Assembly: GCA_964016885.1 (NCBI GenBank)
Contig: OZ024741.1
Span: 250,108,001-250,172,000 of the forward strand
Direction: 5' to 3'
DNA: 64,000 nt
Source: Eledone cirrhosa
Taxonomy: Eukaryota
Shown: one piece after another, positions 1 through 10,100 of the stretch
How positions within the stretch are numbered: position 1 is the stretch's first letter
How the letters are laid out: the number at the start of each line of letters is the position of its first letter
Notes under the pieces: generated by a model
Told to the model about the DNA's origin: nothing
Databases searched by the model: none
Seen by the model: the letters and a program-made list of their open reading frames with translations, nothing else
Made by a program: the position numbers and the translations under genes

Positions 1-1946
1 CAAGGGAAGATAATTTTTTAAAAAATCAGGCGGAGATTGTAAAAAAAATCAGGGGGAGATAATTTGTAAAAAAATCAGGGGGAGATAATTTGTAAAAAAA
101 AAATCAGGGGGAGATAATTTGTAAAAAAAAATCAGGGGGAGATAATTTGTAAAAAAATCAGGGGGAGATAATTTGTAAAAAAAATCAGGGGTAGATAATT
201 TGTAAAAAAAATCAGGGGGAGATAATTTGTAAAAAAAATCAGGGGGAGATAATTTGTAAAAAAAATCAGGGGTAGATAATTTTCAGCCGTCCAAGGGGAG
301 ATAATTTCCATCCTTCCAAGGGGAGATAATTTCCAGCCGTCCAAGGGGAGATAATTTCCCGCCAGCCAAGGAGAGATAACATTTAAAAAAATCAGGCGGA
401 GATAATTTGTAAAAAAATTAGGGGGAGATAATTTGTAAAAAAAATCAGGGGTAGATAATTTCCAGCCGTCCAAGGGGAGATAATTTCCCGCCAGCCAAGG
501 AGAGATAATATTTTAAAAAATCAGGCGGAGATAATTTGTAAAAAAAATCAGGGGGAGATAATTTGTAAAAAAATCAGGGGGAGATAATTTGTAAAAAAAA
601 ATCAGGGGGAGATAATTTGTAAAAAAAAATCAGGGGGAGATAATTTGTAAAAAAAAATCAGGGGTAGATAATTTGTAAAAGAAAAATCAGGGGGAGATAA
701 TTTGTAAAAAAATCAAGGGGAGATAATTTCCAGCCGTCCAAGGGGAGATAATTTTCAGCCGTCCAAGGAGAGGTAATTTCTAGCCGTCCAAGGGGAGATA
801 ATTTCCAGCCGTCCAAGGGGAGATAATTTTTTTAAAAAAATCAGGCGGAGATAATTTGTAAACAAAAATCAGGGGGAGATAATTTGTAAAAAAAAATCAG
901 GGGGAGATAATTTGTAAAAAAAAATCAGGGGGAGATAATTTGTAAAAAAAATCAAGGGGAGATAATTTGTCAAAAAAAATCAGGGGTAGATAATTTGTAA
1001 AAAAAAATCAGGGGGAGATAATTTGTAAAAAAAAAATCAGGGGGAGATAATTTGTAAAAAAATCAAGGGGAGATAATTTCCAGCCATCCAAGGGGAGATA
1101 ATTTTCAGCCGTCCAAGGAGAGGTAATTTCTAGCCGTCCAAGGGGAGATAATTTCCAGCCAGCCAAGAGGAGATAATTTGTAAAAAAATCAGGGGTAGAT
1201 AATTTGTAAAAAAAAATCAGGGGGAGATAATTTGTAAAAAAAATCAGGGGGAGATAATTTGTAAAAAAAATCAGGGGTAGATAATTTCCAGCCGTCCAAG
1301 GGGAGATAATTTCCATCCTTCCAAGGGGAGATAATTTCCAGCCGTCCAAGGGGAGATAATTTCCCGCCAGCCAAGGAGAGATAACATTTAAAAAAATCAG
1401 GCGGAGATAATTTGTAAAAAAAATCAGGGGGAGATAATTTGTAAAAAAATCAGGGGGAGATAATTTGTAAAAAAAATCAGGGGTAGATAATTTCCAGCCG
1501 TCCAAGGGGAGATAATTTCCATCCTTCCAAGGGGAGATAATTTCCAGCCGTCCAAGGGGAGATAATTTCCCGCCAGCCAAGGAGAGATAATATTTAAAAA
1601 AATCAGGCGGAGATAATTTGTAAAAAAAATCAGGGGGAGATAATTTGTAAAAAAATCAGGGGGAGATAATTTGTAAAAAAAAATCAGGGGAGATAATTTG
1701 TAAAAAAAATCAGGGGGAGATAATTTGTAAAAAAAAATCAGGGGTAGATAATTTGTAAAAAAAAATCAGGGGGAGATAATTTGTAAAAAAAAAATCAGGG
1801 GGAGATAATTTGTAAAAAAATCAAGGGGAGATAATTTCCAGCCGTCCAAGGGGAGATAATTTTCAGCCGTCCAAGGAGGTAATTTCTAGCCGTCCAAGGG
1901 GAGATAATTTCCAGCCGTCCAAGGGGAGATAATTTTTTTAAAAAAA

Positions 1947-3204
1947 TCAGGCGGAGATAATTTGTAAACAAAAATCAGGGGGAGATAATTTGTAAAAAAA
2001 AATCAGGGGGAGATAATTTGTAAAAAAAAATCAGGGGTAGATAATTTGTAAAAAAAATCAAGGGGAGATAATTTCCAGCCGTCCAAGGGGAGGTAATATC
2101 TAGCCATCCAAGGGGAGATAATTTCCAGCCGTCCAAGGGGAGATAATTTCCAGCCGTCCAAGGGGAGATAATATCCAGCCGTCCAAGGAGACATATTTTC
2201 CAGCCGTCCAAGGAGAGGTAATTTCTAGCCGTCCAAGGGGAGATAAGTTCCAGCCTCCAAGGGGAGATAATTTCCAGCCAGCCAAGGGGAGATAATTTGT
2301 AAAAAAATCAGGGGGAGATAATTTGTAAAAAAAAATCAGGGGGAGATAATTTGTAAAAAAATCAGGGGGAGATAATTTGTAAAAAAAAAAATCAGGGGGA
2401 GATAATTTGTAAAAAAAATCAGGGGGAGATAATTTGTAGAAAAAATCAGGGGTAGATAATTTGTAAAAAAAATCAGGGGGAGATAATTTGTAAAAAAAAT
2501 CAGGGGGAGATAATTTGTAAAAAAAATCAGGGGTAGATAATTTTCAGCCGTCCAAGGGGAGATAATTTCCATCCTTCCAAGGGGAGATAATTTCCAGCCG
2601 TCCAAGGGGAGATAATTTCCCGCCAGCCAAGGAGAGATAACATTTAAAAAAATCAGGCGGAGATAATTTGTAAAAAAAATCAGGGGGAGATAATTTGTAA
2701 AAAAATCAGGGGGAGATAATTTGTAAAAAAAATCAGGGGTAGATAATTTCCAGCCGTCCAAGGGGAGATAATTTCCATCCTTCCAAGGGGAGATAATTTC
2801 CAGCCGTCCAAGGGGAGATAATTTCCCGCCAGCCAAGGAGAGATAATATTTAAAAAAATCAGGCGGAGATAATTTGTAAAAAAAATCAGGGGGAGATAAT
2901 TTGTAAAAAAATCAGGGGGAGATAATTTGTAAAAAAAAATCAGGGGGAGATAATTTGTAAAAAAAATCAGGGGGAGATAATTTGTAAAAAAAATCAGGGG
3001 TAGATAATTTGTAAAAAAAAATCAGGGGGAGATAATTTGTAAAAAAAAAATCAGGGGGAGATAATTTGTAAAAAAATCAAGGGGAGATAATTTCCAGCCG
3101 TCCAAGGGGAGATAATTTTCAGCCGTCCAAGGAGAGGTAATTTCTAGCCGTCCAAGGGGAGATAATTTCCAGCCGTCCAAGGGGAGATAATTTTTTTAAA
3201 AAAA
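1947..3204 (+). repeat. Canonical higher-order repeat (HOR) unit, 1,258 bp, 48 monomers (A5-B9-A9-B4-A4-B4-A9-B4)
   Basis: Marker tcaggcggagataatttgtaaacaaaaa at 1947 recurs at 3205 and 4435. Equivalent positions give periods of 1256-1259 at 13289>14545, 27626>28883>30140 and 32023>33282>34539. Monomers were counted by hand in 2833-4116. The B9 block occurs about 50 times in the window. Confidence 0.92.
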
Positions 3205-3365
3205 TCAGGCGGAGATAATTTGTAAACAAAAATCAGGGGGAGATAATTTGTAAAAAAAAATCAGGGGGAGATAATTTGTTAAAAAAAATCAGGGGGAGAT
3301 AATTTGTAAAAAAAATCAAGGGGAGATAATTTCCAGCCGTCCAAGGGGAGGTAATATCTAGCCAT

Positions 3366-3390
3366 CCAAGGGGAGATAATTTCCAGCCGT
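3366..3390 (+). repeat. Representative B-type monomer CCAAGGGGAGATAATTTCCAGCCGT (25 bp)
   Basis: Read directly. It occurs mainly in blocks of 4, 5 or 9 copies with position-specific variants. Confidence 0.97.
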
Positions 3391-3649
3391 CCAAGGGGAG
3401 ATAATTTCCAGCCGTCCAAGGGGAGATAATATCCAGCCGTCCAAGGAGACATATTTTCCAGCCGTCCAAGGAGAGGTAATTTCTAGCCGTCCAAGGGGAG
3501 ATAAGTTCCTGCCTCCAAGGGGAGATAATTTCCAGCCAGCCAAGGGGAGATAATTTGTAAAAAAATCAGGGGGAGATAATTTGTAAAAAAAAAATCAGGG
3601 GGAGATAATTTGTAAAAAAATCAGGGGGAGATAATTTGTAAAAAAAAAA

Positions 3650-3676
3650 TCAGGGGGAGATAATTTGTAAAAAAAA
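3650..3676 (+). repeat. Representative A-type monomer TCAGGGGGAGATAATTTGT(A)n, n=7-10 (26-29 bp)
   Basis: Read directly: 19 fixed bases plus an A-tract. It occurs in blocks of about 4-9 copies throughout the window. Confidence 0.97.
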
Positions 3677-3784
3677 TCAGGGGGAGATAATTTGTAGAAA
3701 AAATCAGGGGTATATAATTTGTAAAAAAAATCAGGGGGAGATAATTTGTAAAAAAAATCAGGGGGAGATAATTTGTAAAAAAAA

Positions 3785-4169
3785 TCAGGGGTAGATAATT
3801 TTCAGCCGTCCAAGGGGAGATAATTTCCATCCTTCCAAGGGGAGATAATTTCCAGCCGTCCAAGGGGAGATAATTTCCCGCCAGCCAAGGAGAGTTAACA
3901 TTTAAAAAAATCAGGCGGAGATAATTTGTAAAAAAAATCAGGGGGAGATAATTTGTAAAAAAATCAGGGGGAGATAATTTGTAAAAAAAATCAGGGGTAG
4001 ATAATTTCCAGCCGTCCAAGGGGAGATAATTTCCATCCTTCCAAGGGGAGATAATTTCCAGCCGTCCAAGGGGAGATAATTTCCCGCCAGCCAAGGAGAG
4101 ATAATATTTAAAAAAATCAGGCGGAGATAATTTGTAAAAAAAATCAGGGGGAGATAATTTGTAAAAAAA
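3785..4169 (+). repeat. 206-bp (8-monomer, B4+A4) internal duplication within the HOR
   Basis: The block ggggtagata / ccatcctt / B / cccgccag / ggagagataa(c/t)attt / gcggag starts at 3785 and again at 3991. The copies are distinguished by ttttcag vs tttccag and by aacattt vs aatattt. Confidence 0.9.
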
Positions 4170-7100
4170 TCAGGGGGAGATAATTTGTAAAAAAAATCAG
4201 GGGGAGATAATTTGTAAAAAAAATCAGGGGTAGATAATTTGTAAAAAAAAATCAGGGGGAGATAATTTGTAAAAAAAAAATCAGGGGGAGATAATTTGTA
4301 AAAAAATCAAGGTGAGATAATTTCCAGCCGTCCAAGGGGAGATAATTTTCAGCCTTCCAAGGAGAGGTAATTTCTAGCCGTCCAAGGGGAGATAATTTCC
4401 AGCCGTCCAAGGGGAGATAATTTTTTTTAAAAAATCAGGCGGAGATAATTTGTAAACAAAAATCAGGGGGAGATAATTTGTAAAAAAAAATCAGGGGGAG
4501 ATAATTTGTAAAAAAAAATCAGGGGGAGATAATTTGTAAAAAAAATCAAGGGGAGATAATTTCCAGCCGTCCAAGGGGAGGTAATATCTAGCCATCCAAG
4601 GGGAGATAATTTCCAGCCGTCCAAGGGGAGATAATTTCCAGCCGTCCAAGGGGAGATAATATCCAGCCGTCCAAGGAGACATATTTTCCAGCCGTCCAAG
4701 GATAGGTAATTTCTAGCCGTCCAAGGGGAGATAAGTTCCAGCCTCCAAGGGGAGATAATTTCCAGCCAGCCAAGGGGAGATAATTTGTAAAAAAATCAGG
4801 GGGAGATAATTTGTAAAAAAAAAATCAGGGGGAGATAATTTGTAAAAAAATCAGGGGGAGATAATTTGTAAAAAAAAAATCAGGGGGAGATAATTTGTAA
4901 AAAAAATCAGGGGGAGATAATTTGTAAAAAAAATCAGGGGTAGATAATTTGTAAAAAAAATCAGGGGGAGATAATTTGTAAAAAAAATCAGGAGGAGATA
5001 ATTTGTAAAAAAAATCAGGGGTAGATAATTTTCAGCCGTCCAAGGGGAGATAATTTCCATCCTTCCAAGGGGAGATAATTTCCAGCCGTCCAAGGGGAGA
5101 TAATTTCCCGCCAGCCAAGGAGAGATAACATTTAAAAAAATCAGGCGGAGATAATTTGTAAAAAAATCAGGGGTAGATAATTTGTAAAAAAAAATCAGGG
5201 GGAGATAATTTGTAAAAAAAATCAGGGGGAGATAATTTGTAAAAAAAAAATCAGGGGGTGATAATTTGTAAAAAAATCAAGGGGAGATAATTTCCAGCCG
5301 TCCAAGGGGAGATAATTTTCAGCCGTCCAAGGAGAGGTAATTTCTAGCCGTCCAAGGGGAGATAATTTCCAGCCAGCCAAGGGGAGATAATTTGTAAAAA
5401 AATCAGGGGTAGATAATTTGTAAAAAAAATCAGGGGAAGATAATTTGTAAAAAAAATCAGGGGTAGATAATTTCCAGCCGTCCAAGGGGAGATAATTTCC
5501 ATCCTTCCAAGGGGAGATAATTTCCAGCCGTCCAAGGGGAGATAATTTCCCGCCAGCCAAGGAGAGATAACATTTAAAAAAATCAGGCGGAGATAATTTG
5601 TAAAAAAAATCAGGGGGAGATAATTTGTAAAAAAATCAGGGGGAGATAATTTGTAAAAAAAATCAGGGGGAGATAATTTGTAAAAAAAATCAGGGGTAGA
5701 TAATTTGTAAAAAAAATCAGGGGGAGATAATTTGTAAAAAAAATCAGGGGGAGATAATTTGTAAAAAAAATCAGGGGTAGATAATTTCCCGCCAGGGGAG
5801 ATAATTTCCCGCCAGCCAAGGAGAGATAATATTTAAAAAAATCAGGCGGAGATAATTTGTAAAAAAAATCAGGGGGAGATAATTTGTAAAAAAATCAAGG
5901 GGAGATAATTTCCAGCCGTCCAAGGGGAGATAATTTTCAGCCGTCCAAGGAGAGGTAATTTCTAGCCGTCCAAGGGGAGATAATTTCCAGCCGTCCAAGG
6001 GGAGATAATTTTTTTAAAAAAATCAGGCGGAGATAATTTGTAAACAAAAATCAGGGGGAGATAATTTGTAAAAAAAAATCAGGGGGAGATAATTTGTAAA
6101 AAAAAATCAGGGGGAGATAATTTGTAAAAAAAATCAAGGGGAGATAATTTCCAGCCGTCCAAGGGGAGGTAATATCTAGCCATCCAAGGGGAGATAATTT
6201 CCAGCCGTCCAAGGGGAGATAATTTCCAGCCGTCCAAGGGGAGATAATATCCAGCCGTCCAAGGAGACATATTTTCCAGCCGTCCAAGGAGACGTAATTT
6301 CTAGCCGTCCAAGGGGAGATAAGTTCCAGCCTCCAAGGGGAGATAATTTCCAGCCAGCCAAGGGGAGATAATTTGTAAAAAAATTAGGGGGAGATAATTT
6401 GTAAAAAAAAATTAGGGGGAGATAATTTGTAAAAAAAAATCAGGGGGAGATAATTTGTAAAAAAAAATCAGGGGGAGATAATTTGTAAAAAAAATCAAGG
6501 GGAGATAATTTCCAGCCGTCCAAGGGGAGATAATTTTCAGCCGTCCAAGGAGAGGTAAATTCTAGCCGTCCAAGGAGATATAATTTCCAGCCGTCCAAGG
6601 GGAGATAATTTCCAGCCGTCCAAGGGGAGATAATTTTTAAAAAAAAATCAGGCGGAGATAATTTGTAAACAAAAATCAGGGGGAGATAATTTTTTAAAAA
6701 AAATCAGGGGGAGATAATTTGTAAAAAAAATCAGGGGGAGATAATTTGTAAAAAAAATCAAGGGGAGATAATTTCCAGCCGTCCAAGGGGAGGTAATATC
6801 TAGCCATCCAAGGGGAGATAATTTCCAGCCGTCCAAGGGGAGATAATATCCAGCCGTCCAAGGAGACATATTTTCCAGCCGTCCAAGGAGAGGTAATTTC
6901 TAGCCGTCCAAGGGGAGATAAGTTCCAGCCTCCAAGGGGAGATAATTTCCAGCCAGCCAAGGGGAGATAATTTGTAAAAAAATCAGGGGGGAGATAATTT
7001 GTAAAAAAAATCAGGGGGAGATAATTTGAAAAAAAAATCAGGGGGAGATAATTTGTAAAAAATATCAAGGGGAGATAATTTCCAGCCCTCCAAGGGGCTA

Positions 7101-10100
7101 TAATTTCCAGCCGTGCAAGGGGAGATAATTTCCAGCCGTCCAAGGGGAGATAATTTCCATCCTTCCAAGGGGAGATAATTTCCAGCCGTCCAAGGGGAGA
7201 TAATTTCCCGCCAGCCAAGGGAAGATAATTTTTTAAAAAATCAGGCGGAGATTGTAAAAAAAATCAGGGGGAGATAATTTGTAAAAAAATCAGGGGGAGA
7301 TAATTTGTAAAAAAAAAATCAGGGGGAGATAATTTGTAAAAAAAAATCAGGGGGAGATAATTTGTAAAAAAAATCAGGGGGAGATAATTTGTAAAAAAAA
7401 TCAGGGGTAGATAATTTGTAAAAAAAATCAGGGGGAGATAATTTGTAAAAAAAATCAGGGGGAGATAATTTGTAAAAAAAATCAGGGGTAGATAATTTTC
7501 AGCCGTCCAAGGGGAGATAATTTCCATCCTTCCAAGGGGAGATAATTTCCAGCCGTCCAAGGGGAGATAATTTCCCGCCAGCCAAGGAGAGATAACATTT
7601 AAAAAAATCAGGCGGAGATAATTTGTAAAAAAATCAGGGGGAGATAATTTGTAAAAAAAATCAGGGGTAGATAATTTCCAGCCGTCCAAGGGGAGATAAT
7701 TTCCATCCTTCCAAGGGGAGATAATTTCCAGCCGTCCAAGGGAAGATAATTTCCCGCCAGCCAAGGAGAGATAATATTTAAAAAAATCAGGCGGAGATAA
7801 TTTGTAAAAAAAATCAGGGGGAGATAATTTGTAAAAAAAAATCAGGGGGAGATAATTTGTAAAAAAAAATCAGGGGGAGATAATTTGTAAAAAAAATCAA
7901 GGGGAGATAATTTGTAAAAAAAAATCAGGGGTAGATAATTTGTAAAAAAAAATCAGGGGGAGATAATTTGTAAAAAAAAAATCAAGGGGAGATAATTTCC
8001 AGCCGTCCAAGGGGAGATAATTTTCAGCCGTCCAAGGAGAGGTAATTTCTAGCCGTCCAAGGGGAGATAATTTCCAGCCAGCCAAGGGGAGATAATTTGT
8101 AAAAAAATCAGGGGTAGATAATTTGTAAAAAAAAATCAGGGGGAGATAATTTGTAAAAAAAATCAGGGGGAGATAATTTGTAAAAAAAATCAGGGGTAGA
8201 TAATTTCCAGCCGTCCAAGGGGAGATAATTTCCATCCTTCCAAGGGGAGATAATTTCCAGCCGTCCAAGGGGAGATAATTTCCCGCCAGCCAAGGAGAGA
8301 TAACATTTAAAAAAATCAGGCGGAGATAATTTGTAAAAAAAATCAGGGGGAGATAATTTGTAAAAAAATCAGGGGGAGATAATTTGTAAAAAAAATCAGG
8401 GGTAGATAATTTCCAGCCGTCCAAGGGGAGATAATTTCCATCCTTCCAAGGGGAGATAATTTCCAGCCGTCCAAGGGGAGATAATTTCCCGCCAGCCAAG
8501 GAGAGATAATATTTAAAAAAATCAGGCGGAGATAATTTGTAAAAAAAATCAGGGGGAGATAATTTGTAAAAAAATCAGGGGGAGATAATTTGTAAAAAAA
8601 AATCAGGGGAGATAATTTGTAAAAAAAATCAGGGGGAGATAATTTGTAAAAAAAAATCAGGGGTAGATAATTTGTAAAAAAAAATCAGGGGGAGATAATT
8701 TGTAAAAAAAAAATCAGGGGGAGATAATTTGTAAAAAAATCAAGGGGAGATAATTTCCAGCCGTCCAAAGGGAGATAATTTTCAGCCGTCCAAGGAGGTA
8801 ATTTCTAGCCGTCCAAGGGGAGATAATTTCCAGCCGTCCAAGGGGAGATAATTTTTTTAAAAAAATCAGGCGGAGATAATTTGTAAACAAAAATCAGGGT
8901 GAGATAATTTGTAAAAAAAAATCAGGGGGAGATAATTTGTAAAAAAAAATCAGGGGGAGATAATTTGTAAAAAAAATCAAGGGGAGATAATTTCCAGCCG
9001 TCCAAGGGGAGGTAATATCTAGCCATCCAAGGGGAGATAATTTCCAGCCGTCCAAGGGGAGATAATTTCCAGCCGTCCAAGGGGAGATAATATCCAGCCG
9101 TCCAAGGAGACATATTTTCCAGCCGTCCAAGGAGAGGTAATTTCTAGCCGTCCAAGGGGAGATAAGTTCCAGCCTCCAAGGGGAGATAATTTCCAGCCAG
9201 CCAAGGGGAGATAATTTGTAAAAAAATCAGGGGGAGATAATTTGTAAAAAAAAAATCAGGGGGAGATAATTTGTAAAAAAATCAGGGGGAGATAATTTGT
9301 AAAAAAAAAATCAGGGGGAGATAATTTGTAAAAAAAATCAGGGGGAGATAATTTGTAAAAAAAATCAGGGGTAGATAATTTGTAAAAAAAATCAGGGGGA
9401 GATAATTTGTAAAAAAAATCAGGGGGAGATAATTTGTAAAAAAAATCAGAGGTAGATAATTTTCAGCCCTCCAAGGGGAGATAATTTCCATCCTTCCAAG
9501 GGGAGATAATTTCCAGCCGTCCAAGGGGAGATAATTTCCCGCCAGCCAAGGAGAGATAACATTTAAAAAAATCAGGCGGAGATAATTTGTAAAAAAAATC
9601 AGGGGGAGATAATTTGTAAAAAAATCAGGGGGAGATAATTTGTAAAAAAAATCAGGGGTAGATAATTTCCAGCCGTCCAAGGGGAGATAATTTCCATCCT
9701 TCCAAGGGGAGATAATTTCCAGCCGTCCAAGGGGAGATAATTTCCCGCCAGCCAAGGAGAGATAATATTTAAAAAAATCAGGCGGAGATAATTTGTAAAA
9801 AAAAATCAGGGGGAGATAATTTGTAAAAAAATCAGGGGGAGATAATTTGTAAAAAAAAATCAGGGGGAGATAATTTGTAAAAAAAATCAGGGGGAGATAA
9901 TTTGTAAAAAAAAATCAGGGGTAGATAATTTGTAAAAAAAAATCAGGGGGAGATAATTTGTAAAAAAAAATCAGGGGGAGATAATTTGTAAAAAAATCAA
10001 GGGGAGATAATTTCCAGCCGTCCAAGGGGAGATAATTTTCAGCCGTCCAAGGAGAGGTAATTTCTAGCCGTCCAAGGGGAGATAATTTCCAGCCGTCCAT

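Noticed and set aside
3540-3784. G-quadruplex array from repeated G4-5 runs
   Set aside because: The G-runs are separated by ~21-24 nt, far beyond canonical short loops, so stable intramolecular G4 is not supported by sequence alone.
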